A DNA stretch of 64,000 nucleotides from Candidatus Hydrogenedens sp. (lineage in GTDB: Bacteria; Hydrogenedentota; Hydrogenedentia; Hydrogenedentales; JAEUWI01): the NCBI GenBank assembly GCA_016125095.1, contig WGMK01000007.1, forward strand, positions 265,605 to 329,604, in the 5' to 3' direction. The notes under the pieces were generated by a model. The model saw nothing but the letters and a program-made list of their open reading frames with translations, did no database searches and was not told where the DNA came from. A program made the position numbers and the translations under genes. Position 1 is the stretch's first letter. Each line of letters starts with the position of its first letter. Below, one piece after another: positions 10,701 through 19,221 of this stretch.

Positions 10701-12628
10701 ATGGCGAATCGGGACCCGTGGGACCGGCCATAACCGATGTCAGCGGGGCAGGCCCCGTCTGGCTGGTCACCGTGGCAGTCAATGAGTTCGACGGGCAATT
10801 GGGCCTGGCGCTGACCGATGCGGACAACAGTATTCAGGACATTTTGAACCAACCTTTGCGCAACCGGGACGAAACTGGCCTGGTACACACTGCAGCAACC
10901 CGGCCGCCGCGCATTGTGTCGCTCTCCGTGCTGGGCAATCCCGCACCGAACGCCCAGTCGGTATCCTTTGGAATCGAGCTGAGTGAACCGGTAACGGGAC
11001 TCACGCAATCGGATGTGACGCTCTTGTTCGATGGTTCGACGATCTTTTCGCCGGAGATTTCCGGCTTCGGCGGTAGTGGCAGCATGTATTGCGTCGCGGT
11101 CGACACGGGCATTGCGGACGGCATGCTGGGGCTCGCCGTAGATGGTGCTTCGCCCGCCATCGACAGCAGCGGGCTAGGGCTGCTGGCGGGGGCTTCAGAC
11201 GCCTCCCTGTTCGCGGTCGACACCATTGCGCCCGAGCCGCTCGAGGTCGCCTTGGTCGGCACCCCGCCTGCCAACGCGCAGACCGTCGATTTTCTGGTCA
11301 CGTATACGGAGCCGGTTATCGGGGTCGACACCGGCCAGTTCGAGGTGTATTTGGGGGGAACTACAGACGAGGCACCGAGTGTAGCCGCCGTGAATGGCAG
11401 CGGATCGGTCTGGACCGTGACCGTGGACCTGGGCGTCAGCGAAGGCGTGATTGATCTGTTGCTGGTCTCCGATGATTCGGTGACCGATTTGGCGGGCAAC
11501 ACACTGGCCTCGTTGACAAGCTCCGGCGAGGTTCATGCTGCCGACACCCGGCCACCGAGGCTGATTGCTGCAGAGGCCTTGGGAGACTCGCCGACGGCCG
11601 CGAGCACGGTGAAGTTTACCCTCGCGTTCAGCGAACCGGTGGGCCCGCTCGAGGGCACGCAGGACGAGCAGCTGCTCATCACGTCTCCCGGACTCACCTT
11701 GGGGGCGGTACAGACGCGCGCGGTGGGAGACTTGGCCCACTACGAGATCACCATCAGCGGTATTGAAGGGGCGGGGACGATTTCCTTAACCGCCCGCGAA
11801 ACCGGAACGGAAGGCGGGGGAACGCTGCTCGATACCAACGGCAACGGTTTGCCGGAGCCGGAGATTCCGCCTGCGAGCATTGTGGTGGATCGGCTGTCTC
11901 CGACGCCGGTATGCAGCGGCGCGACGGTCGCGCTGGATGAGAACGGCATGGCGACCTTGCTGCCGGAAGCAATCGACGCGGGCAGCAGCGATACCCTCAG
12001 CGCGGTCACGCTGGTATCGGTCGTGCCGGATTCGTTCAGCTGCGAGGATATCGGTATCCGGCCGGTGGTGTTGAACATCGCGGATGCGCTCGGCAACGCC
12101 GCGCACTGCACGGGATTCGTGCGCATCGCCGATCCGCTGGGTGCCTGCGTGGTAATTGTGGAAGGCGAAGGGGAAGGCGGGGGAGAAGGACGCCCGGAAG
12201 GAGAGGGCGACGGGAGCGTCGACGGCGAGGGTGGTGGTGAAGGGCTCCCCGGCGGAGAAGGAGAAGGAATACTTGACGGTGAAGGCGGCGGCGAGGGAGA
12301 CCCGTCGCTAGCCATTCACTCCGCCGACTGGAATGGCATTCCGGATCACCGTATCGACATCGTCGAACTCCTGCGGGTCATTCAGCTCTACAATGCGGGC
12401 GAGGCCGGGTTCTGCTGCGGCGAAGGCGAGACCGAAGACGGCTTTACCCTGGGTCCGTGCGAAAACTTCAGCTGCAGCGCCCACGCGGCAGACTACGAAG
12501 AGCCGTTTTGGGAAATCACCCTGACTGAGTTGCTTCGCGTGGTGCAGTTCTTCAATCTGGGGGGCTATTACCGCTGCCCGGAAGCCACGGAAGCCGACGG
12601 GTTCTGCGCGGGGCCGGCCGCCCCCTGA
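7793..12628 (+). CDS. Giant secreted multidomain protein: NodB-like polysaccharide deacetylase, TSP3-like Ca loop, FGE/SUMF1-like domain, Ig-like repeats, HYR-like domain, EG-rich linker, duplicated C-terminal module
   Basis: Signal peptide (start may be 7823), IIKADDY / EIWHHGLDH / FGAPFG, DTDTDGIED...DTDGDGMPDFLD, YEVTN...HPVTQVTWYGAAAYCNWLS...FRLPSEAEWE...YDMAGNAAEWC...VVRGG...IGFRIAR, repeated F.V.FSEPV units, and an EGEGEG tract. Confidence 0.8.
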   Translation: MAAHWGKRAGMRCWIPIVLGIILVPAAWAGPLDGLTLQAELPAVQTNQATDLSIEPEGGLDPGWTYAWTSSSGALAADESEATFTASSLSGYVLIEVEVFDGANSLGILRTPLLIYTQLAIIKADDYVSYNGSVPAAWQAYFDVMNREYRLKHTVGVITECLNNYTFETGTNFTDGMQALHVSGLGEIWHHGLDHSGTIDEAKGAELSLAALPSPVWKASTITEFFGQPYAFQKAHLENGLTLSRDVLGFPMVTFGAPFGMSDSTTITVVDESADIANWYDGLSGTAKRLLPVDGVLVENPTGYPLLEQFNAIYDPEQPLIIMQVHPGYEEPAGVFPFSTRLPAWRTMLDTVLSNQTVFLTAAEYDALFDQGAFPLYPGRDTDTDGIEDWNEGNGDTDGDGMPDFLDFDSGGAGPRIQQLGVELVAAGQYEITFELADADTVHDIVVELDQGGGAGFEALIEISGDLTGLTSGNGYTIDWDTATELPGVELDYTSIRLTPVVSVPASPDRVPSDEATFTQGCTDCVSGDTIPSFQVRLSPYELGTYEVTNGEFADVLNYAHGEGYLTNPSGAAYAGGDVYFAGQRLYALSASGAQIAFSAGIFSPKTRDTLPMDGHPVTQVTWYGAAAYCNWLSEQAGLESNYDPDDLWRAAYPPANGFRLPSEAEWEHAAGWVDVDGAFGFPTSTDTLSTQQANYSSSNPLSLTNAPFTTPGGYYDGNNGTTDSPSPLGAYDMAGNAAEWCADRYDAYFEYSATDPIGSYTGPRRVVRGGAWADTDAACETTARESALGSTASNRIGFRIARSVRNGDRTTSGISIDNVPPQVTAMALESPVSESDLTMRFTVTFSEPVEGLVLGDFDLTANGIVVIPPALTSLEGSGDAYVLEATTGTMQGSIDLELIPSAAATDEGLNPIDAYTETAIATLNTLAPAVTSLELVGSPPDNADTLVFSVMFSGLVVAVVPDDFTLQLDGESGPVGPAITDVSGAGPVWLVTVAVNEFDGQLGLALTDADNSIQDILNQPLRNRDETGLVHTAATRPPRIVSLSVLGNPAPNAQSVSFGIELSEPVTGLTQSDVTLLFDGSTIFSPEISGFGGSGSMYCVAVDTGIADGMLGLAVDGASPAIDSSGLGLLAGASDASLFAVDTIAPEPLEVALVGTPPANAQTVDFLVTYTEPVIGVDTGQFEVYLGGTTDEAPSVAAVNGSGSVWTVTVDLGVSEGVIDLLLVSDDSVTDLAGNTLASLTSSGEVHAADTRPPRLIAAEALGDSPTAASTVKFTLAFSEPVGPLEGTQDEQLLITSPGLTLGAVQTRAVGDLAHYEITISGIEGAGTISLTARETGTEGGGTLLDTNGNGLPEPEIPPASIVVDRLSPTPVCSGATVALDENGMATLLPEAIDAGSSDTLSAVTLVSVVPDSFSCEDIGIRPVVLNIADALGNAAHCTGFVRIADPLGACVVIVEGEGEGGGEGRPEGEGDGSVDGEGGGEGLPGGEGEGILDGEGGGEGDPSLAIHSADWNGIPDHRIDIVELLRVIQLYNAGEAGFCCGEGETEDGFTLGPCENFSCSAHAADYEEPFWEITLTELLRVVQFFNLGGYYRCPEATEADGFCAGPAAP

Positions 12629-12716
12629 AACGCCGGGACGCCGCGGCGGTAGAACTAAAGGTAACTGGGGACCGTTGCGGCCCCACTACCCCCACGAATG
12701 AACAGGAGGTTTACTT

Positions 12717-13826
12717 ATGACTGTTCGCGTGACGCTCTTGCTCCCGCTCGCGTGTTTTGTGCTGCTGCAAAGCGGCTGCCTGTTTCAGGATGCCGACGGC
12801 GACGGCCTGCCGGACCTGCAAGAAACCTGCGTGGACCTGGATGGCGACAACGTGCCGAACTGCCAGGACTTGGACTCGGACAGCGACGGGGTGCCGGATG
12901 CTGTGGAGGGTGATGGCGATGTGGACGGAGATGGCCTCCCGGATTTCCTGGATGTCGACGATTCGCAGCCTCTGCAGCTGAATCTCGCTTGGGACGGGCG
13001 CTCGCGATATTACGAGCTGTACCTGCCCCCCGGCGTAGAGAAGGGCACCTCGGTACCGCTCCTGCTGGGCCTGCACGGCACCGGCCAGACATCGGAGCAA
13101 TTCCGGCATCAGGCGCGCATCAAGGTGTTCGCGGAAAGCACCGGTTTTATCGCGGCGTATCCCGAGGGGGTGGAACTGAACTGGAACGACGGGCGCGCCG
13201 TCAGTGGAATCACGGCCTACGATCAGAACGTCGACGACGTTGGCTTTCTGGCGGCGTTGATTGACGCGATAGCCCTGGATTTCCCGGTCGACACCTCGCG
13301 CGTCTACATCGCGGGCTTCTCCAACGGCAGCGTGATGGCGCAGCGGTTCGCCCTGGAGCGCCCGGAGAAAATCGCCGCCATCGCCTGTGTCGCTGGGCAA
13401 CTTGCCGAAAATCTGTTGGAATTGCCCGCGCCTGAAATGCCCACGCCGATTCTGATGGTGAACAGCCGCGACGACCGGGTGGTTCCCTTTGCGGGCGGCG
13501 AGGCCAGCCTGCTTGGCATGTCGCTCGGCAGATTCGCCTCAGTGCCCGAGAGTGTGGCGTATTGGGTGGGTGTGAACGGCGCGGCGGAAACGCCCGCGTC
13601 CATCGCCATCGACACGGCCGACTACGACAATTGCAGCGTGGTCCGGAAAATCTACGCGCCGGGTGCGAGTGGTGCAGGGGTCGTGCTGTATGAAATTACC
13701 GGCGCGGGGCACGCCTGGGCGGGCGGACTGCAACAGGTCGGCGCGCTCAGCACCCCGGTCTGCTACGACATCGACGCCACCGCCGCCGCCGTCCAGTTCT
13801 TCGGGCAATACCAGCGGGTGCAATAA
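12717..13826 (+). CDS. Lipoprotein alpha/beta-hydrolase (PHB depolymerase/LpqP-like esterase) with N-terminal TSP3-like repeats
   Basis: Lipobox LQSGC, DxDGDG repeats, LHGTG, AYPEG, VDDVGF, GFSNG nucleophile elbow, D..VPF.GG and GAGHAW. Confidence 0.85.
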   Translation: MTVRVTLLLPLACFVLLQSGCLFQDADGDGLPDLQETCVDLDGDNVPNCQDLDSDSDGVPDAVEGDGDVDGDGLPDFLDVDDSQPLQLNLAWDGRSRYYELYLPPGVEKGTSVPLLLGLHGTGQTSEQFRHQARIKVFAESTGFIAAYPEGVELNWNDGRAVSGITAYDQNVDDVGFLAALIDAIALDFPVDTSRVYIAGFSNGSVMAQRFALERPEKIAAIACVAGQLAENLLELPAPEMPTPILMVNSRDDRVVPFAGGEASLLGMSLGRFASVPESVAYWVGVNGAAETPASIAIDTADYDNCSVVRKIYAPGASGAGVVLYEITGAGHAWAGGLQQVGALSTPVCYDIDATAAAVQFFGQYQRVQ

Positions 13827-13893
13827 TTTGTACGATGAATGAGGTATCATGGGAACAAGATGTGATACTGCATTCTGAATCGAGGGTGCTGAC

Positions 13894-14067
13894 GTGAGAA
13901 ATGAGTTCACCGCCATCTTTGAAGAATCCGATGGGGAGTTTGTCGGGTATTGCCTCGAAGTCCCCGGAGCCAACGGACAGGGACGAACGAAAGAAGAGTG
14001 TCGTCAGAATCTTTCGGAGGCTATTGCATTGCTCTTGGAGATGACGCAGCCAACCGCCGCCCAATAG
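13894..14067 (+). CDS. hicB: HicB-like (UPF0150) antitoxin, short or truncated, with no adjacent HicA
   Basis: Below the ORF-track cutoff. GTG start after GAGGG: MRNEFTAIFEESDGEFVGYCLEVPGANGQGRTKEECRQNLSEAIALLLEMTQPTAAQ, which carries the PG...QG.T.EE...NL.EAI HicB signature. Confidence 0.75.
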   Translation: MRNEFTAIFEESDGEFVGYCLEVPGANGQGRTKEECRQNLSEAIALLLEMTQPTAAQ

Positions 14068-14101
14068 AACCCTCTCCGGCTGCGCAGGTACAATCGGCGG
14101 C

Positions 14102-16069
14102 ATGTGCGGTATCTGCGGCAAAGTCCTTCATGCACCCGGCGCGCGGGTTTCCGAGCGCTCGGTTCAGGACATGGCGACGCTTATCGCGCATCGCGGACCG
14201 GACGACGAGGGTTTCCACTTCGATGGCGAGGCCGGGCTGGGCTTCCGGCGGCTGAGCATTATCGACGTTGCAGGCGGCCATCAGCCCATGTGCAACGAAG
14301 ACGGCCGCGTCTGGATTGTCTTCAACGGCGAGATTTACAACCACCGCGAACTCCGCGCTGAACTCATTGCCAAAGGGCACGAGTTCAAGACCCACTCGGA
14401 TACCGAGACCATTCTCCATCTGTACGAAGAAGCGGGGGAGGCCTGTCCGGAGCGGCTGCGCGGCATGTTCGCGTTTGCCATCTGGGACGCGCGGGATCGC
14501 AGTCTGTTCGTGGCGCGCGACCGCTTCGGCATCAAGCCCTTGTATTACCGGGCGACCGCGGAGACCTTCGCCTTCTGCTCCGAGCTGAAGCCGCTGCTCT
14601 ACGATGCCGAGACGACGCCAGACCTCGATCCCGTCGCGATTTCCGACTACTTCTCGTCCTACGTGTTCGGCGAGCGCACCATGTTCCAATCTATCCGCCG
14701 CCTGCTGCCGGCCCATTGGATGCGGGTACGCGGCGGCGAGGTGACCACCCGCCGGTATTGGCAGCCGGAGCTGGACGCCGAGGTAACGGGGCGGAGCGCC
14801 GGAGAGAACCTGGAGGCCCTGCGCGCACTGCTGCAGGAAGCGATGCGCGAGCACATGATGAGCGAGGTGCCACAGGGCGCGTACCTGAGCGGGGGCGTGG
14901 ATTCCAGCCTCATCACCATCCTGATGAACGAAGCCGGTGCGCACCCGGTCAAGACCTTTTGCAGTACCTTTCCGGGGGGCGGCGCATTCGACGAGAGCGG
15001 CTACGCGGCGAAAGTCGCGCGCGCGTTCAACACGGAGCACCACGAAATCCCCTGCCAGCCGGAACACATCGGGCTCCTGCCCAAAGTGCTGTGGCACCTG
15101 GAAGAACCCCTGGCCGACGCCCCGACCATCGCCCTGTATCAGCTTTGCCAGGAGGCCGCGAAGCAGGTGACCGTGGTGCATTGCGGCGATGGCGGCGACG
15201 AGGCCTTCGCAGGGTATACGCGCTACTACTGGGACCGCTTCGCCGGTGCCTACAACCGCGTGCCCGGCGCCATCCGGCACGGCATGCTGCCGCCGGTATG
15301 GCGCGCGCTGCAGGCCATGCCGGGTCCGCTGCGCAATCTCGGCCGCCGTGCGGAGAAGTTCAGCCGCTATTCCGATTTACCCGAGGCCGAGCGCTACATG
15401 AGCTGGTTCTGCGTGAATCCCGATAGCGCGAAGGCCGCCATGCTGACGCCCGAGTTCCAGGCGCTCTCCGGCGCGCACCGGTCGGCGGGCTTCTTCGAGA
15501 GGCTCTTCGCGGACGCCCGGGCCTGCGGCACCGACAACTTGGGTACCCTGCAATACTGCGACCTGCACAACTTCGTGCCGTACAGCCTCATGCTCAAGGG
15601 CGACAAGCTGACCATGGCCGCGAGCATCGAGGGGCGCTTTCTCTGGCTGGACCACCGGCTGGTAAATTTCGGCCTGAGCCTGCCGCCAGACCAGAAGATG
15701 CAGGGCCGCCACACCAAGGTGCCGCCGCGGAAGGTTTTCCAGTCCTACTGGAACGACCCCGATGTCTGGCGGCCCAAGCAGGGGTTCGGCGTGCCCATCG
15801 AGGACTGGTTCAAGGGTTCGCTCCGCGAGGAAATGGAAACGACCATCGAAGCCGCCCAGCGCGACGTCATGCAGGTCGTCCGGCCCGAGGCCATCCGCAC
15901 CATGGCGGACCAATTGATGGCCGGCGACCCGCACGTGTGGCCGCACCTGTGGAGCGTCTACGTCTTCTACACCTGGCGGAGGGTCTTCGAACATATCCGG
16001 CAGGACTGCGCCGAAATCATCCGCACCACCACCGATCCCTTCGCCCGGGCACGCGCGGAGGAGGGGTGA
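14102..16069 (+). CDS. asnB: Asparagine synthase (glutamine-hydrolysing) family amidotransferase
   Basis: MCGICG Ntn start, HRGPDDEG, RRLSIID, GHQPM, FNGEIYNH, RDRFGIKPLYY, LSGGVDSS, GDGGDE and KQGFGVP. Confidence 0.93.
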   Translation: MCGICGKVLHAPGARVSERSVQDMATLIAHRGPDDEGFHFDGEAGLGFRRLSIIDVAGGHQPMCNEDGRVWIVFNGEIYNHRELRAELIAKGHEFKTHSDTETILHLYEEAGEACPERLRGMFAFAIWDARDRSLFVARDRFGIKPLYYRATAETFAFCSELKPLLYDAETTPDLDPVAISDYFSSYVFGERTMFQSIRRLLPAHWMRVRGGEVTTRRYWQPELDAEVTGRSAGENLEALRALLQEAMREHMMSEVPQGAYLSGGVDSSLITILMNEAGAHPVKTFCSTFPGGGAFDESGYAAKVARAFNTEHHEIPCQPEHIGLLPKVLWHLEEPLADAPTIALYQLCQEAAKQVTVVHCGDGGDEAFAGYTRYYWDRFAGAYNRVPGAIRHGMLPPVWRALQAMPGPLRNLGRRAEKFSRYSDLPEAERYMSWFCVNPDSAKAAMLTPEFQALSGAHRSAGFFERLFADARACGTDNLGTLQYCDLHNFVPYSLMLKGDKLTMAASIEGRFLWLDHRLVNFGLSLPPDQKMQGRHTKVPPRKVFQSYWNDPDVWRPKQGFGVPIEDWFKGSLREEMETTIEAAQRDVMQVVRPEAIRTMADQLMAGDPHVWPHLWSVYVFYTWRRVFEHIRQDCAEIIRTTTDPFARARAEEG

Positions 16070-16333
16070 TTACAGGCCGCGATACGATTCGCCTCGATGC
16101 CGCACTCGAAGAATGACGATCACGATCGCCTCATCTTCGATTTCATAAAGAATCCGGTAGTCACCATCACGCACGCGGAAAACACCCTGTATGCCGGAGA
16201 GCTTCTTGCATCCCGACGGACGTGGCTCATCCGCGAGGCCTTCAATGCGGCACCGCACGGAGTCCCGCACATTGGCAGGCAGCTTTCTAAACTCCCGAAG
16301 TGCGGATGATTTCCACTCAATCCGATATCGCAC
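16070..16333 (-). CDS. relE: RelE/ParE family toxin
   Basis: YRIEWKSSALREFRKL...PRPSGCKKLSG...FRVRDGDYRILYEI...VRHRGESY. Confidence 0.9.
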   Translation of the reverse strand: MRYRIEWKSSALREFRKLPANVRDSVRCRIEGLADEPRPSGCKKLSGIQGVFRVRDGDYRILYEIEDEAIVIVILRVRHRGESYRGL

Positions 16334-16553
16334 CGCCCTCTTCCACGAGTTTCATGGCGGTGTCGTGCGGGATGGAGCGCTCGCCGCGTCGACGTATGAT
16401 CTCTGCGAGATCTGCCTGATCTTCCAACAAATCGGAGATGGCTTCGTACTCAGCGATCGTGAGTACAACGGCAACCCGCGCGCCGTTCTCATCGGTCAGG
16501 AATCGGGGTTTCAGCGAATGTGTATCCACAATCGACCTCCTTTGCCGAGGCAC
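16317..16553 (-). CDS. Putative cognate antitoxin (start probably the GTG after GGAGG near 16529)
   Basis: Small acidic ORF (FLTDENGARVAVVLTIAEYE...LEDQADL) overlapping the toxin start. Confidence 0.75.
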   Translation of the reverse strand: MPRQRRSIVDTHSLKPRFLTDENGARVAVVLTIAEYEAISDLLEDQADLAEIIRRRGERSIPHDTAMKLVEEGGAISD

Positions 16554-16595
16554 TCAGTGTAACACAAACCCCGAAACGCCAGGGTCAGCTACACA

Positions 16596-17555
16596 TCAGT
16601 CGATGACGTCGGGATTGCGGACTTCATTGTAGAAATCGACGAAGCTGCGGGATTCCTTGCCGGCCATGCGGTTGTCCATGAACTCCAGGCCGGTGCGCGG
16701 ATGCTGGTTGAGAATGCCATTGACCATGTAAGGCATCTGGTAGCCCCACTGCAGGTCGGCGTGCAGCTGGAGGAAATACTTCTCGATCAGGCCGAGCACG
16801 GGGGAAAGCTGGTACTTGGGGTTCTTCAAGAATCCCAGCAGCAGCTCGGTGGTGCAATTGCCGGCGGCGCGGCCCATGCCGAAGATGCTGCCGTCCACGT
16901 AGTTGATGCCCTTGATGATGCCCTCGATGGTATTGGCGAAGGCGAGCTGCTGGTTGTTGTGGCAGTGGATGCCCACCTGCTTGCCCTTGAGCAGCGTCGT
17001 GTACTTCTCGGCGAGGTATTGAATCTGCTCCGAGTAGAAATAGCCGAAGGAATCGACCAGGTACACCACTTCGAAATCGGTATCGGCCAGTTGCACCAGC
17101 GCCTCTTCCAGCTCCGGCTCGAGCACCGTCGAGGCGGCCATGATGTTCACAGAAATCTCGTAGCCGAGCGCCTTGATATGGTTGCCCAGGTGAATCGCTT
17201 TGTCCACGTCCTTGGCATAGGTTGCCACGCGGAACATGGAAATGATGGACTCCTCCGCCGGAAGGAAGTTGTCGTAGTCCGTGCGGCCCACATCCACCAT
17301 CACCGATATCTTGGTGTTGTCGTCCTTGAAGGCCACTTCGCGCAGGTCGGCTTCGTCGCAGAAGCGCCACGGGCCGTGCTTTTTCGTATCGAACTGCGCC
17401 TTGTCCGCGCGGTAGCCCAGCTCCACGTAGTCCACGCCCGCGGCCACCAGCCCGGCATACACGTCCTTCACCATCGCCTTGTCGAATTCCCAATTGTTCA
17501 TCAGGCCGCCGTCGCGGATGGTGCAGTCCAGAATCTTGATTTCAGGCCGGTACAT
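16596..17555 (-). CDS. DRE-TIM / HMGL-like aldolase (4-hydroxy-2-oxovalerate aldolase-like)
   Basis: ILDCTIRDGG, YLVDSFG, GIHCHNNQQLAFANT, GMGRAAGNCTTE. Start reassigned to MYRPEIK after GGGAG. Confidence 0.85.
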   Translation of the reverse strand: MYRPEIKILDCTIRDGGLMNNWEFDKAMVKDVYAGLVAAGVDYVELGYRADKAQFDTKKHGPWRFCDEADLREVAFKDDNTKISVMVDVGRTDYDNFLPAEESIISMFRVATYAKDVDKAIHLGNHIKALGYEISVNIMAASTVLEPELEEALVQLADTDFEVVYLVDSFGYFYSEQIQYLAEKYTTLLKGKQVGIHCHNNQQLAFANTIEGIIKGINYVDGSIFGMGRAAGNCTTELLLGFLKNPKYQLSPVLGLIEKYFLQLHADLQWGYQMPYMVNGILNQHPRTGLEFMDNRMAGKESRSFVDFYNEVRNPDVID

Positions 17556-17730
17556 GGTGCGGGTCTCCCTGCGGAAAATGGCAACAAAAGACGACGCGCC
17601 CGCCCAAGGCGCGCGGAAAGTGGGGGAGTATACCCGATGGACAGGCGCCGAGAAAAGCAGACCGCGAATACTGCCAAGGCCGCAGCAACCGATACCGGCA
17701 ATCGGAAAAATCCTGCTACACTCCCGCGCC

Positions 17731-19221
17731 ATGAATGCCATTTCAACGCTTACCGCCAGCCTGATCCTTGTGTGTCACGCCGCTGCCGCGCCGCCGGACT
17801 CCGTCTACATCGACCTTGGCGCGGTAAACGACGAGCGCGGCCTCTGGCTGGTGCGCGACAACGACGGCTGGAACGAGGCCGTGGTGCAGGATGGCGTCGA
17901 TTGCCGGCAGAACGACCTGTCACCGCATGGGCGCACAACGGGCACGTACCTCTATTTCCGAGTGTCGAACGAATGGGCGTATCACGGCAGCCGCCCCGAG
18001 GTGTGGCTGCGGGTCGAGTACTTCGACGGTCCGGCGGGGCAACCGCTCTATCTGGATTACGATGCGACAGGCGACGGGATTCCGGCACGATACAAGCGCC
18101 CGGAGCCCCTCCTCATGGCCGGTACCGGCACCTGGCGGGAGCACGTCTTCCACCTGGAAGACGCCTATTTCGGCGACCGCCAGAACAAGGGATGCGATTT
18201 CCGGTTCTCGTGCGGCGAAGGGCTGGCGTTTCAGATCAACCGTGTGTGGGTGAGCGAGACGGAAGCGGCATCGAATATCGTTCCCGCTGCGCATGCGCTC
18301 GAACTCCCGGCCGGAGTCGTACCGGCATCCGCCTTATTCGGCCGTGGCGATGCTACGTGGCCTCTTCTGCGTGGTTACAGCCCGCATCACTACGGCATCG
18401 TGTCCGACCTGGCCTACGACTACCGCCCGGTACTCGACCGGCTTGCGGGGCGCGGGATTAATCTCGTCCGCGCCATGCCGCTGAACGCTTACGACGTGCA
18501 ACCGTTTCTGCGAGACAGCGACGGCCGCTACGACCTGATGCGTATCGACCCGGCGTACCTCGAGCGCATCCGCGAGTTCACTGCCTATGCCAATGCCCGG
18601 GGACTGGCGGTGCAGTTTTCGGTGCTGGATCATTGTTCGTTGCGCCACGGCACGGTGAAAGACCGTTTCGCCTATGCGGAGGGAAACAATACCCAGGGTA
18701 TCGCCATCACGGATACAAACTTCGCGTCCTTCTGGAACCAGCCGGATGGCTCGGAGATGCAGGCCTACCGGGCCTGGATAGAAGCGCTGGTCGGTGCGAC
18801 GCGAGGCCAGAAGGTCATCTTCGAGGTCATGAACGAACCCTACGTCGACAGTCCCGACGTGCTGCCGTTCCACCGCGTGATGCTGGAAATGCTCCGGGAA
18901 GCGGGTGCGGGAAAGGTGTCGTTCAATGCCTGGAACGATGCCGATGCCAAGACCCTCGAGCCGCTCGCCGATTACATCGGCTGGCACGGCAACGGCTTCG
19001 AGGCGCACGACGGCTTCCCGCCGGAAAAGGTGCTGATCTCCACCGACACCGGAGCCTGGCACAGCAAGGCCGACGTGATCGAATGGGCGGCAGCCAGTTT
19101 CCATCACGGTTACAACTTCGAGCACATGGCGATGTCGGACGATGGCGACACTGGGGAGGCCGACACGGACTGGGAGTTCATCCGCATCCTCGGGCTATTA
19201 GCGTCTGTACCAGACGATTGA
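17731..19221 (+). CDS. Secreted clan-A-like glycoside hydrolase (GH5-like) with N-terminal beta-sandwich
   Basis: Signal peptide MNAISTLT..., YLERIREFTAYANARGLAVQFSV, and the IFEVMNEP acid/base-like motif. Confidence 0.55.
   Translation: MNAISTLTASLILVCHAAAAPPDSVYIDLGAVNDERGLWLVRDNDGWNEAVVQDGVDCRQNDLSPHGRTTGTYLYFRVSNEWAYHGSRPEVWLRVEYFDGPAGQPLYLDYDATGDGIPARYKRPEPLLMAGTGTWREHVFHLEDAYFGDRQNKGCDFRFSCGEGLAFQINRVWVSETEAASNIVPAAHALELPAGVVPASALFGRGDATWPLLRGYSPHHYGIVSDLAYDYRPVLDRLAGRGINLVRAMPLNAYDVQPFLRDSDGRYDLMRIDPAYLERIREFTAYANARGLAVQFSVLDHCSLRHGTVKDRFAYAEGNNTQGIAITDTNFASFWNQPDGSEMQAYRAWIEALVGATRGQKVIFEVMNEPYVDSPDVLPFHRVMLEMLREAGAGKVSFNAWNDADAKTLEPLADYIGWHGNGFEAHDGFPPEKVLISTDTGAWHSKADVIEWAAASFHHGYNFEHMAMSDDGDTGEADTDWEFIRILGLLASVPDD

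Noticed and set aside
12692-12704. CCACGAATGAACA, resembling another periodic-arm family I recall
   Set aside because: Only about one and a half units, no inverted partner, and it runs into the AGGAGG RBS. Likely chance.
17479-17741. Apparent overlap of divergent ORFs 16596-17741 and 17479-19221 (likewise extended starts at 21257, 34114, 38890, 41847, 49701, 61610)
   Set aside because: Artefact of longest-ORF calling. Downstream starts with RBS or signal peptides remove the overlaps.
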